Assembly (NCBI RefSeq): GCF_004006315.1 | Contig: NZ_CP026530.1 | Location: 585,889 to 617,888, forward strand | From: Nautilia sp. PV-1 | GTDB lineage: Bacteria > Campylobacterota > Campylobacteria > Campylobacterales > Nautiliaceae | Direction of reading: 5' to 3' | Length of the DNA stretch: 32,000 bases | Part shown: positions 16,191-25,376 of the stretch, piece after piece | How the letters are laid out: every line of letters begins with the position of its first letter | How positions within the stretch are numbered: position 1 is the stretch's first letter | Position numbers and translations under genes: made by a program | The notes under the pieces: model-generated | What the model saw: only the letters and a program-made list of their open reading frames with translations | Databases searched by the model: none | Told to the model about the DNA's origin: nothing

Positions 16191-17264
16191 ATGATAGAAA
16201 ATCCAAAAGTTAGTTTGTTTAATAGAAAAGGGAGATTATACGTTCAGTATTATATAAACGGCAGGTGTGTTCAAAAGTCACTTAAAAGGGATTACACCAA
16301 AGAAAACGTTAAGCTCGCTAAAAAATACGTTATTCCCGAAATCGAGAGGAAAATACTTTTAGGCGAGATTCAGGACAGTAAATTTAAACCCAAAGAATTC
16401 AAACATTACGCCGAGCTGTATCTGAAACAAAAAGAGTCTCTTAAAACATGGAAAGAGTTTAACAATATGGTTTCAAACCAGTTGATACCCGTTTTTGGAA
16501 GTTATACGATAGATAAAATCTCAAAAGGCTTCATCAAGCAATGGGTTGATGAGAGATTAAAAGAAGTCTCACCCATAAGAATGCAAAAATTTCTTGGAAT
16601 TCTTAAAGCCATATTTGAAATAGCAATTGACTATGAGCACATAAAAGAAAATCCTTGTGACAGAATCAAACTTCCAAAACATAATCCGATTAGGCAGATG
16701 TATCCTTTCAGTAAAGAGGAAGTAACTCTTATACTTAACAATGCTGACGGATGGTTTAAAAACTATTTGGCAATCGCTTTTATGACTGGTATGCGTCCGG
16801 GTGAGATTATCGCTTTAACGATTGATGATATCGATTTGGAAAATAAAACCATTAACGTAGATAAAAGAATCAAAAAAGGCGAAATAGGCACACCCAAAAC
16901 AAAACACTCAATAAGAAAAGTTCCTATAATGGATGAGCTTATCCCTTATTTAAAAAATCAAATCGAAACTCAAAAACAAAAAGGTCTTGATTTACTCTTT
17001 ACCACAATCAATAACAGGATGTATTACGACAGCGATAAATTCCATCCCTTCTGGTACAGACTGCTTGATAAGTGCGGTATTGAGAGAAGGGTAATGTATA
17101 ACACCAGACACACGTTTGCCTTAAACGCAATAAGAGCGGGTATCAATATACTTGACGTATCACAGATACTCGGACACAAAGATTCATACGAGACTCTTTC
17201 AACCTATGCGAAATACATAAAAAACGAACATTTAAAGATTAAAAGAGACATAAAACTTTACTGA
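16191..17264 (+). CDS. int: Tyrosine-type site-specific integrase
   Basis: 357 aa with GGAGG RBS. Catalytic-domain landmarks are MTGMRPGEI (Arg), NTRHTFA (R-H), LGHKD and the tyrosine in STYAKY. The N-terminal SAM-like domain precedes them. Confidence 0.9.
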   Translation: MIENPKVSLFNRKGRLYVQYYINGRCVQKSLKRDYTKENVKLAKKYVIPEIERKILLGEIQDSKFKPKEFKHYAELYLKQKESLKTWKEFNNMVSNQLIPVFGSYTIDKISKGFIKQWVDERLKEVSPIRMQKFLGILKAIFEIAIDYEHIKENPCDRIKLPKHNPIRQMYPFSKEEVTLILNNADGWFKNYLAIAFMTGMRPGEIIALTIDDIDLENKTINVDKRIKKGEIGTPKTKHSIRKVPIMDELIPYLKNQIETQKQKGLDLLFTTINNRMYYDSDKFHPFWYRLLDKCGIERRVMYNTRHTFALNAIRAGINILDVSQILGHKDSYETLSTYAKYIKNEHLKIKRDIKLY

Positions 17265-17278
17265 CAGTTCTACTGACA
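17259..17278 (+). repeat. Pair of TACTGACA direct repeats, 12-bp register (putative integrase arm-type sites, right arm)
   Basis: TACTGACA at 17259-17266 (contains the int stop codon) and at 17271-17278, about 41 nt from attR. Confidence 0.55.
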
Positions 17279-17318
17279 ACATAACGAAAAACACCATAAA
17301 TTCAATGTTTGAGAAATT

Positions 17319-17336
17319 TCCCGTCGGCTCCGCCAT
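17319..17336 (+). repeat. attR core (direct repeat copy 2, displaced tRNA-Asp 3' fragment)
   Basis: TCCCGTCGGCTCCGCCAT, identical to 12118-12135. No tRNA body lies upstream of it. Confidence 0.9.
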
Positions 17337-17514
17337 TTAATGCTTCTCAATGTTTAGTGTCTGTCACTTAAAGTTTTATATTAATTCATCTTTTCTTTAC
17401 AGTAATTTTACAATTATTAAATTAAATTAAGTTAATTTTTCTTTATTTGTTTATTTATTGTCTCCGTACTGATATAATTTAAGTAAGAGAAATATATTTT
17501 TATAGGAATGCTGT

Positions 17515-17763
17515 ATGATGCCTGAAGAAAAAATACTAATTAAAAATTTAAAACATGAAGGTATTGATTTAAATTTTAAACAAAAAGCAATAGAGGCATT
17601 GAGTATAAACAACTTGGAAGATTTAAAAAAATATATTGAGAGATATAATATTAATATGATTATAGATATAACAGAAAGTATTGAAGAAAATAAAGAAAGG
17701 CTTTATTATTTGCTTAATGAAGAATTTTATAATTTGAGAGAAAACAATATTAATCTGTTTTAA
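17515..17763 (+). CDS. Hypothetical small protein (82 aa)
   Basis: AGGAA RBS and an extended -10 (TGaTATAAT, 17470-17478) upstream. No recognisable motif, and very AT-rich. Confidence 0.4.
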   Translation: MMPEEKILIKNLKHEGIDLNFKQKAIEALSINNLEDLKKYIERYNINMIIDITESIEENKERLYYLLNEEFYNLRENNINLF

Positions 17764-18307
17764 AATAATTATGTAAATGTTTTAACGAATTAATATGATA
17801 AAGATTGTATTTGTCGTTATTTTTTTCTAAAGTAAAAAACTCGATATTTTTATATGATGTCAAAAATATCAGTTTTTGGGTTGAGAGCCATTTATGCGTT
17901 GCTTCTATTTTTTTATTTATTTTTTCAAATCTTTCTTCATAAAATGAGGAATTATAAAACTCTTTTTTGTTTAAAGGCAGATATTCGCCTTCACACCCGA
18001 CGCCGCTGCAGCTTAAATCTAATAATATTTTATCATACCAAGGCGAGTAGGGATATATTTTACAAGCAGGAGGTCTGTTTTCGTATATTGTACATTTGCC
18101 GTTATTTAAATATGGGCAGGATATTTCGTTACTGAGCAGCATTACCGGTCTTAAATAATCAAGTTTAGCTATTAAAATAGGAAAATAATTATAAACTTTT
18201 TTGAAATCTTCAAGTATTAAAGGTGCCAGAGGTTTTTTACAGCATTCGGTACATTCTTTGCATCCTTTGAATTTAAGCAGTTCCAGATGTCTTATATCTA
18301 CAAACAT
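17750..18307 (-). CDS. YkgJ-family cysteine-cluster protein (CxxCxxCC)
   Basis: CKECTECCKK near the N-terminus, and CPYLNNGKCTIYENRPPACKIYPY, typical of the YkgJ/UPF0153 family. Confidence 0.7.
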   Translation of the reverse strand: MFVDIRHLELLKFKGCKECTECCKKPLAPLILEDFKKVYNYFPILIAKLDYLRPVMLLSNEISCPYLNNGKCTIYENRPPACKIYPYSPWYDKILLDLSCSGVGCEGEYLPLNKKEFYNSSFYEERFEKINKKIEATHKWLSTQKLIFLTSYKNIEFFTLEKNNDKYNLYHINSLKHLHNYFKTD

Positions 18308-18309
18308 AT

Positions 18310-19119
18310 TTATACTTTGTAAAATTTTTTTAATTCTTTGTGGATATCCGGAAAATGCTTTTTTAAAATATCCGGTTTAGAAAAATAATATTCGCTCATT
18401 ACTGCAAAAAATTCTGCAGGATTTGTAGCTGCATATTTGTCAATTAACGAATATTTCCCTAAAAATCTGTTTAATGAAAGTCTTTTTTTGAATTTTTTAT
18501 ATTCACCGTACATTATTTTGCTCCACTCGCCAAACTGTTCTTTTTCCAAAGGAGGTATTCCGTTTACGGCGCCTTCTTCAAAATCCAGCTCATGCGCAAA
18601 TTCATGAATAACGACATTTCTTTTGTTGGTTTTAATTTCTTTTTTTAACTCATCCCAGGCTATTACAACCGCTTCACCCACAGCTTCTCCGCTGATCAGT
18701 ACGGTTTCATGTGATGCTATATCGTTTATTATCGATTTTTGGTTAAGTATCATTGTATGCGGATATACATATATGTATTGAAGCATCGGATAACAAAAAT
18801 CTTTAAAGGATATAGTCGGAATACATGCAAAAAAGCTTATAGTGTATTTTATTTCGTCTGTAATTTTTAATTTAACGCCTATGAACTGTTTTTCTTTACA
18901 AAATCTTAGAATTTTATAGTGAAGGATATTTTTTTGGTGATTGTTTAGATTTTTATACTGAGGAAAGTTTGCAATAGTTTTTATTAATAAAGGAGGGGGA
19001 GGGGTCTTTTTTAAAGACCGTATCCATATTCTGTATTTAATTTCTATTAACAGCTGAATCAGGATAAATATAAAAAAAGCAATCCATAAAACAATTAAAA
19101 ATGTTTTAAAATTATCCAT
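18310..19119 (-). CDS. Membrane-anchored zinc metallopeptidase, M90 (MtfA-like) family
   Basis: N-terminal TM helix, HEFAHELD (HExxH), and downstream NPAEFFAVMSEYYF, which matches the MtfA-like motif. TAATG overlap with crcB. Confidence 0.7.
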   Translation of the reverse strand: MDNFKTFLIVLWIAFFIFILIQLLIEIKYRIWIRSLKKTPPPPLLIKTIANFPQYKNLNNHQKNILHYKILRFCKEKQFIGVKLKITDEIKYTISFFACIPTISFKDFCYPMLQYIYVYPHTMILNQKSIINDIASHETVLISGEAVGEAVVIAWDELKKEIKTNKRNVVIHEFAHELDFEEGAVNGIPPLEKEQFGEWSKIMYGEYKKFKKRLSLNRFLGKYSLIDKYAATNPAEFFAVMSEYYFSKPDILKKHFPDIHKELKKFYKV

Positions 19120-19505
19120 TATCTCAATATGGCTTCAACAGCTTTAAAACCGGCTCCCGCTAAAATAATACATCCTATTACATTTAATAAAACATATGAT
19201 AACGCCTGAATATATAAAGCGTTTCTAAATAAGAAAAAGCTTTCAACGGCAAATGTTGAAAATGTGGTAAATGCGCCCATCATTCCTGTGGTAAGAAGTG
19301 ATTTTAAATAAGGGTTTTGAATTCCACCGTACTGAATGGCTCCTATAAAAATTCCTAATAACAGACTACCGATAAGATTAACGCTTAAAGTACCGAAAGG
19401 TATATCGTGTTTAATGGCATTATTAACAAGTCCTGCGGTATAAGCTCTCAAAATCGCACCTATAAATCCGCCTATACCTATAGCAATCATAGTATCGAAT
19501 TTCAT
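19119..19505 (-). CDS. crcB: Fluoride ion channel CrcB/FluC
   Basis: 128 aa with four TM segments. GGFIGAILR and GAFTTFSTF motifs are characteristic of CrcB. Confidence 0.88.
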   Translation of the reverse strand: MKFDTMIAIGIGGFIGAILRAYTAGLVNNAIKHDIPFGTLSVNLIGSLLLGIFIGAIQYGGIQNPYLKSLLTTGMMGAFTTFSTFAVESFFLFRNALYIQALSYVLLNVIGCIILAGAGFKAVEAILR

Positions 19506-19561
19506 AACTTTCCTTTATAATTAAATTAATATAATCTTATAATTTTAAACTTAAATTATTA

Positions 19562-20257
19562 TTAAAGCTTTTGATATTCTTTATCTAAAATATTTTGCAT
19601 TTTTGCTTTTGTCTCTTCAAACCAGTCAGGGTTTTCCTTAGGATTAAATGAAGGCAGAAAAATTACTTTTAAAGTCTGTTTTTCAATTCTGAACGGATGT
19701 TTCTTAAACGCATAAGGAAGGTTTATAATTACAAAAGGCTGAACCTTTAAGTTTAATTTTTCGGCAACCGCTTTTGTACCGTTTTTCCAATTAATCATTT
19801 TTGCAGGATTTTTTTGGTTTCTTGTACCTTCCGGAAAAAGCACAACTTTAAAACCTCTGTTTGTTCTTTCTTTTATTTCTTTCATCATTGTCAGGACCGA
19901 TCTTTTGTTGCTTCTGTCAACCAGTATCATGTCAGTTTTTGTTACCATGTATTTAATAACGGGTATTTCTCCCAGTTCTTTTTTTGCAACCCATATCAGC
20001 TTTTCGGGAATGACCGTTTCCATTAAGGCAATATCCAGATTGTTAGTGTGGTTTCCGATAAGCAGATTAGCGTTTTTGTCAACCTCTCCTTCTATTATTA
20101 TGTCATTAGCTACAAGCGATGTGAGAAATTTTGCGCAGCCTTTTCGGTATTTTAGCTCGTTTTTTGGGTTTATACCGCATAAAAGACCGGTAAAAAATAC
20201 ACATACCGCACCTGCGGCTAATTTTATAAAACTGATTATGCTATTTAATATCTTCAT
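19562..20257 (-). CDS. plsC: 1-acyl-sn-glycerol-3-phosphate acyltransferase
   Basis: Acyltransferase motifs NHTNNLD (HxxxxD) and FPEGTR, plus an N-terminal TM segment. Confidence 0.85.
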   Translation of the reverse strand: MKILNSIISFIKLAAGAVCVFFTGLLCGINPKNELKYRKGCAKFLTSLVANDIIIEGEVDKNANLLIGNHTNNLDIALMETVIPEKLIWVAKKELGEIPVIKYMVTKTDMILVDRSNKRSVLTMMKEIKERTNRGFKVVLFPEGTRNQKNPAKMINWKNGTKAVAEKLNLKVQPFVIINLPYAFKKHPFRIEKQTLKVIFLPSFNPKENPDWFEETKAKMQNILDKEYQKL

Positions 20258-21212
20258 TTTTCACCCATCCTATTTTATTGTTTATTTTGACTTTTGTGTA
20301 ATGTTTTTCTTTTTTTAATATTTCAACTTTTGTTCCTATCGGAGCAATATAAAACACTGTAGAGTTTATTGTAGGCAATATGTATATTTTTGTTCCTCTT
20401 GCCAAAAACGCTTCTCCTTTAGGGAGATTCATATAAATTAGCAATGCAGATAGCAAAATAGGAGGAATTAAAAGCCATATTTTCTGATAAACAAGAAATA
20501 CTATAATTAAAAAGGCGATAAATGAAAGTATAAGAATGTTTACAGGCGTAAATATAGTGTTTTCTTCAGGGTTTAGATCTGTTTGTGTGCTTATTGTCTG
20601 TTCTTTTATATTAATCGGAATAGAAATTTTTTGAAAATTATCGTTTTGGGTGTTAAAGTAATAGAAAATTATCTTTTTTTTATCTTTTCCTACCAGACCG
20701 AAATATGTAGCTTTGTTTGCCGATACAAGAGTAAGATTTTCATCTTTAAGATGTAGCGTAAAATCTTTAAGGTTTGCGTTTTTTGCATTAATTGTAAAAG
20801 AAACCATATTGTGATTTTTATCATATTCGCTTGAAATAGGGTTGCTGATGTTTAATTTGTCTGCCAGTACATTGCAAAAATTTTTAACTTTAGTAAGAGG
20901 TACGCTTTTATACAGGTCGCTTAACGTAATCTGTTTATAAGTGTTTTTGCCTATAATAAAAAAATTTTTTATTTCATTGTCGTTTTTGTATTTTAAGTGA
21001 ACGTTATAAATAAACTTGTTAGTTTTTGTTATGTTAATATCTGATCCTAAGGGAGGGATAAAAGTAAGATTCATTTCTTTTGGCGTGATGACTTTAACGT
21101 CCAGATTTATTATCTGATTTTCATAATATTCTTTTTTTAGATTAGGATATTGTATTATTAAATTTGAAGCAAAAATAAAAGAAGTTAAAAGAGTAATAAT
21201 TAAATATCTCAT
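20241..21212 (-). CDS. Exported/membrane protein with a C-terminal SH3b-like domain
   Basis: Signal peptide, two TM helices near aa 225-270, and a C-terminal segment (GTKVEILKKEKHYTKVKINNKIGWV) resembling bacterial SH3. Confidence 0.55.
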   Translation of the reverse strand: MRYLIITLLTSFIFASNLIIQYPNLKKEYYENQIINLDVKVITPKEMNLTFIPPLGSDINITKTNKFIYNVHLKYKNDNEIKNFFIIGKNTYKQITLSDLYKSVPLTKVKNFCNVLADKLNISNPISSEYDKNHNMVSFTINAKNANLKDFTLHLKDENLTLVSANKATYFGLVGKDKKKIIFYYFNTQNDNFQKISIPINIKEQTISTQTDLNPEENTIFTPVNILILSFIAFLIIVFLVYQKIWLLIPPILLSALLIYMNLPKGEAFLARGTKIYILPTINSTVFYIAPIGTKVEILKKEKHYTKVKINNKIGWVKNEDIK

Positions 21213-22309
21213 TTGAGGGCTATATTATTCTCTTTTGTAAAATTTTTAATGTAAGCTAAAAATTGTTTTCTTTTTTTGCCGTAAAGAGTTACTTTTACCG
21301 AATGCTTAAGTTTAAGAGGGTTAATCCACTTTCCGTAATGCATAACTCCGAAATGCAAATGAGGGCCAGTTGAAAGTCCGCTGTTTCCAAGATAGCCTAT
21401 TACCTGTCCCTGTTTTACCCATTTTCCTACATATATACCTTTTGGCCATCCGTGAAGATGCGCATAAAGTGTCATATAGCCGTCTTTGTGTTTTATCTCT
21501 ACGGCTCTTCCGTAACCTCTAATCCACCCTTTATATATAATTTTTCCGTCTGCTACCGAATGGATAGGAGTGCCGATTCTGTTAACGTAGTCAATTCCGT
21601 CGTGCATTCTCCATTTGTGCAAAATAGGATGAAATCTCATTCCGAATCTTGAAGAAATACGTTTGTATCTTAAAGGTGCGGCTAAAAACATTCCTTTTAA
21701 ACTTCTTCCTTTAGAGTCATAATATCTTCCGTCATAAGGATTTAAAAATGCGTCAACCTGATAGTGTCTGTTTGATATTTTTGCGTATAGTATTTTAACG
21801 TCTTTTACTTCTCCGAATTTTATTTTTTCCTGATAAACAATATCAACTTTTGTATTTTTCGGAATAGCTCTGAAATTAATTCTGTCTGAGAATATGTTAA
21901 TAAGTTTTGATGAAAGACTTTTTAGTTTTGTCGCTTTGTATATATCGTAGCTCAGATAATTGTTAATTGTGGCACTTGCTTCTTTTTGAACGGTTTCGTA
22001 TATTATCGGGACTATTTTAGTGACATATCCTTTGTCCGTTTTAATAATCTGAAGCTGTTGTTTAGAGTTTATAGGTATAAGCGCCTGCTTGATAATGTTG
22101 TTGTCTCTTAAAATAAAAACGCTTTCGCCCTTTGGAATAGCGCGTACGTATCTTTTGATTTTAGGCGGAAGGTTGTAATATATACTTAACGGCAGAGAGT
22201 TTTGTTTTAAAAAACCGTAAAAGGTGTCTTTACTGCCCCATTTATGTATATCAACCTTGTATGCCAGAACAAAAACAGGAATCAAAAGATAAATTAAAAA
22301 TTTTTTCAC
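21209..22309 (-). CDS. M23 family metallopeptidase (peptidoglycan endopeptidase)
   Basis: Signal peptide plus the HDGIDY and GNSGLSTGPHLHFG (HxH) LytM-type motifs. Confidence 0.88.
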   Translation of the reverse strand: MKKFLIYLLIPVFVLAYKVDIHKWGSKDTFYGFLKQNSLPLSIYYNLPPKIKRYVRAIPKGESVFILRDNNIIKQALIPINSKQQLQIIKTDKGYVTKIVPIIYETVQKEASATINNYLSYDIYKATKLKSLSSKLINIFSDRINFRAIPKNTKVDIVYQEKIKFGEVKDVKILYAKISNRHYQVDAFLNPYDGRYYDSKGRSLKGMFLAAPLRYKRISSRFGMRFHPILHKWRMHDGIDYVNRIGTPIHSVADGKIIYKGWIRGYGRAVEIKHKDGYMTLYAHLHGWPKGIYVGKWVKQGQVIGYLGNSGLSTGPHLHFGVMHYGKWINPLKLKHSVKVTLYGKKRKQFLAYIKNFTKENNIALK

Positions 22310-22974
22310 TTAATAAATCCTTCTATCATTTTAATTCCGTCGCTTCCTCCTAAAAGACTTTCCATTGCTCTTTCAGGGTGAGGCATTAGTCCGAATACGT
22401 TTTTATTTTCATTGCATATGCCGGCGATTGCGTCTATACTTCCGTTAGGGTTTAATTCGTTACCGTCAGCATCGCAGTATTTTAAGATTACCTGTCCGTT
22501 ATCGTACATTTTTTTAAGTGTTTCTTCGTCAACTTTATAATTTCCTTCGGCATGTGCTATAGGTATGTTTACGATATCCCCTGCATTTAGATTTTGTAAA
22601 AATTTATTGTTATTGTCGACAACTTTTAAATGATGGAATTTTGATATAAAATGAAGATTTTCATTTCTCGTCATACCTCCGGGAAGAAGGTGCGATTCAA
22701 GCAGAATCTGGAATCCGTTACAGATTCCTAGTACATATCCGCCTTTATTGGCGAATTCTTTAACTTCCTGCATAATCGGTGAAAATCTTGCAATTGCACC
22801 GCTTCTTAAATAATCTCCGTAACTAAACCCTCCCGGAAGAACAACCAAATCAGGATTTTTCAAATCATGTTCGTTATGCCATACGAATTCCACGTCGGCA
22901 CCTATTTTTTCAAATGCCCATTTAGTGTCTCTGTCGCAGTTAGTTCCGGGAAAAACAATAACCGTTACTTTCAT
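22306..22974 (-). CDS. purQ: Phosphoribosylformylglycinamidine synthase, glutaminase subunit
   Basis: 222 aa. FPGTNCDRD, GICNGFQ (nucleophile Cys) and MPHPER are present. Confidence 0.93.
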   Translation of the reverse strand: MKVTVIVFPGTNCDRDTKWAFEKIGADVEFVWHNEHDLKNPDLVVLPGGFSYGDYLRSGAIARFSPIMQEVKEFANKGGYVLGICNGFQILLESHLLPGGMTRNENLHFISKFHHLKVVDNNNKFLQNLNAGDIVNIPIAHAEGNYKVDEETLKKMYDNGQVILKYCDADGNELNPNGSIDAIAGICNENKNVFGLMPHPERAMESLLGGSDGIKMIEGFIK

Positions 22975-23213
22975 TATTTTACCTCAATTTCAAAGTTTTC
23001 AATAACAGGGTTTGCCAACAGTTCCGCAGCGGCTTCTTTAGCTATTTCAACTGCTTTTTCTTTATCTTCAGTATCTATGTCAAGTAAAATCTGTTTTCCG
23101 ACTCTTACGCCTTTAACGTCTTTAAAGCCCAACGTTTCAAGTGCATGGTGTACAGCTTTTCCCTGAGGGTCAAGCACGCCTTTTTTCAAATGTACGTTAA
23201 CAGCAACTATCAT
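22974..23213 (-). CDS. purS: Phosphoribosylformylglycinamidine synthase subunit PurS
   Basis: 79 aa with VLDPQG...L..LG.. and NPVIE.. motifs, located between purC and purQ. Confidence 0.9.
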   Translation of the reverse strand: MIVAVNVHLKKGVLDPQGKAVHHALETLGFKDVKGVRVGKQILLDIDTEDKEKAVEIAKEAAAELLANPVIENFEIEVK

Positions 23214-23917
23214 TTTACATCCTTTAATCTGTTTAATACTTCAGTATATGCTTCTTTTATATTTCCTAAATTAAATCTGAATAAATCTTTATCAAGTTTT
23301 TTTCCTGTTTCTTTGTCCCATAATCTGCAAGAATCTGGGGTGATTTCATCGGCTAAAATAATGTTTCCGTTTTCGTCTCTGCCGAATTCTATTTTAAAGT
23401 CTACCAAAGTTAGGCCTACTTTGTCAAAAAACTTAGTTAGAAAATCGTTTACTTTTAATCCGTATTCCCTTAATAAATCAAGTTCTTTTCTGTCTTTTAC
23501 AAGTCCTAAAACCATTGCATGATCGTCATTTATTAAAGGATCGTTTAAATCGTCGTTTTTATAATAAAACTCAACTATGGTGAACGGCAGTTTTGTTCCT
23601 TCTTTAATTCCCAGTCTTTTGGCAAGACTTCCCGCTACAATGTTTCTTACAACCACTTCTATTAATATGATATCGACTTTTTTGACAAGCTGTTTAGTGT
23701 CGTCAATCTGTTTGATTAAGTGTGTAGGAATTCCTTCTTTTTCCAATGCTTCAAAAATTAAAGTGGTAATTGCACAGTTCAGCGCTCCTTTTCCTTCTTC
23801 TTCATCGGCTTTTTCACCGTTAAAAGCAGTTAAAGAATTTTTATATTCGCATATTACCTCATTGGGTTTGTCTGTTTCATAAATTCTTTTTGCTTTTCCT
23901 TCGTATAACAGTTTCAT
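23210..23917 (-). CDS. purC: Phosphoribosylaminoimidazole-succinocarboxamide (SAICAR) synthase
   Basis: 235 aa. LYEGKAK.IY and LVDFKIEFG / DEITPDSCRLWD signatures are present. Confidence 0.93.
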   Translation of the reverse strand: MKLLYEGKAKRIYETDKPNEVICEYKNSLTAFNGEKADEEEGKGALNCAITTLIFEALEKEGIPTHLIKQIDDTKQLVKKVDIILIEVVVRNIVAGSLAKRLGIKEGTKLPFTIVEFYYKNDDLNDPLINDDHAMVLGLVKDRKELDLLREYGLKVNDFLTKFFDKVGLTLVDFKIEFGRDENGNIILADEITPDSCRLWDKETGKKLDKDLFRFNLGNIKEAYTEVLNRLKDVK

Positions 23918-25167
23918 TTTTCTCCTTTACTTATTATTAAAGCTTTTAAAATATTTGCGCCTGTGAGCAGTTGTAAGTCGCCGTCTATTTTTTTAATGTT
24001 TTTATCTTCTTTTTTGGTTTTTTTCTTATGGTCTATTTTATTTAATTCCGCTTTTAAATGCGCTTTTAAATTTGCTTCTTTAATTAAATCTTCAGTTAAG
24101 TTTTCTTCTTCCACTTTCCCTGGATGTACGATAATATCCGGAGTTACACCTTTGGCCTGAATTGTTCTGCCGCTTGGCAGGTAATATCTGGCTACCGTAA
24201 GTCTTAATGCTTCATCTTTGTTTACAGGAAGAATTGCCTGAACGCTTCCTTTACCGAATGTCTTTTCGCCTACTATTACGGCGCGTCTGTGATCCTGAAG
24301 ACCTCCGCTTACGATTTCTGCCGCACTTGCCGTTCCTCCGTTTACAAGCACTACTATCGGAATGTTTTTATATGTTCCCGCGCTGTGTGCGTAATATACT
24401 TCGTTTTCGCTAGGAACTCTTCCTTTTTGCGATACTAATATACCGTGGGATATAAACAGATCAAGTGTACCTGTAGCCTGATTTAACAGTCCTCCCGGAT
24501 TGTTTCTCAAATCTATTATGATTCCTTTTTTACCTTGTTTTTTAAGGTTTGCGAGTACTTTTTTAAGACTAGGCACTACATTTTTGTCAAACGAAGAAAT
24601 TCTTATATATTCTATATCAGGGTAATGCTGTAAATCTTTTGCTTTAACGGATTTGATTTTTATAATTCCTCTTGTAATCGTGACTTCAAAAGGTTTTTTC
24701 CCTTTTCTTACGATGGTAAGAGTAACTTTTGTCCCGGGTTTGCCTCTCATCAGATTTACCGCTTCGTCAAGCGTCATATCGATTGTGGCGTGATTGTTGA
24801 TTTTTAAAATAATGTCACCGGCTTTGATTCCGGCTTTATAAGCAGGAGTGTCGTCTATCGGAGAAATTACTGTAAGTACACCGTTTTTCATTCCGATTAC
24901 TACACCGAGTCCTCCGAACTCACCTGATGTCTGAACTTTTAATTCTTTATATGCTTTCTTGTCCAGGTAGCTTGAATGCGCGTCTAAATTCGGAAGAAGT
25001 CCTTTAAGCGCTTTATTTATTATAGTTGTCGTATTAATGTCGTCTACGTAATAAGCTTCGATCATATTGACGACTTTTACGAATTTTTCATATGCAGCCA
25101 GTCTAGTCTGCTGGTTTTCAGCGAATAGCGATACAATAAAAAGTGCTGCTAAAATTAGTTTTTTCAA
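23914..25167 (-). CDS. ctpA: Carboxy-terminal processing protease (S41 family)
   Basis: Signal peptide, PDZ region (GIKAGDIILKIN), and S41 catalytic regions DLRNNPGG, ASAAEI and GKGSVQ. Confidence 0.9.
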   Translation of the reverse strand: MKKLILAALFIVSLFAENQQTRLAAYEKFVKVVNMIEAYYVDDINTTTIINKALKGLLPNLDAHSSYLDKKAYKELKVQTSGEFGGLGVVIGMKNGVLTVISPIDDTPAYKAGIKAGDIILKINNHATIDMTLDEAVNLMRGKPGTKVTLTIVRKGKKPFEVTITRGIIKIKSVKAKDLQHYPDIEYIRISSFDKNVVPSLKKVLANLKKQGKKGIIIDLRNNPGGLLNQATGTLDLFISHGILVSQKGRVPSENEVYYAHSAGTYKNIPIVVLVNGGTASAAEIVSGGLQDHRRAVIVGEKTFGKGSVQAILPVNKDEALRLTVARYYLPSGRTIQAKGVTPDIIVHPGKVEEENLTEDLIKEANLKAHLKAELNKIDHKKKTKKEDKNIKKIDGDLQLLTGANILKALIISKGEK

Positions 25168-25316
25168 AACGGCTCCTTGGAGTTTTTGAAATTCTATTAT
25201 ATTGGGCAGTTAAAATCAAGTTTTAGGTATAATGTTTAAATATATATTATTAATATGTTAATTAAAGATTATTTTTCATTATTTTTATATAAATTGAATT
25301 TTTTTAATTAAAAACC

Positions 25317-25345
25317 TTGACATAAACTGACTAAAGTTGTATAAT
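25317..25345 (+). promoter_or_regulatory. Consensus sigma70-type promoter of clpB, overlapped by a HAIR-like inverted repeat
   Basis: TTGACA (25317-25322), a 17-nt spacer, then TATAAT (25340-25345). CTTGACA-N7-ACTAAAG lies at 25316-25336. Confidence 0.7.
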
Positions 25346-25376
25346 TACATCAACTAAAACTTTTAAGGAGGAGAAT

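Noticed and set aside
17354-17369. AGTG-N5-CACT hairpins after the tRNA operon and after clpB as intrinsic terminators
   Set aside because: The stems are only 4 bp and lack GC clamps, so they are too weak to call terminators. They are kept as a shared-motif finding instead.
19506-19561. Fluoride riboswitch upstream of crcB
   Set aside because: The region is only 56 nt and almost entirely A/T. It cannot accommodate the conserved GC-containing riboswitch core. See the related finding.
19814-20318. 70-aa and 137-aa plus-strand ORFs over plsC
   Set aside because: They are antisense to a well-supported acyltransferase gene and have no motifs or RBS.
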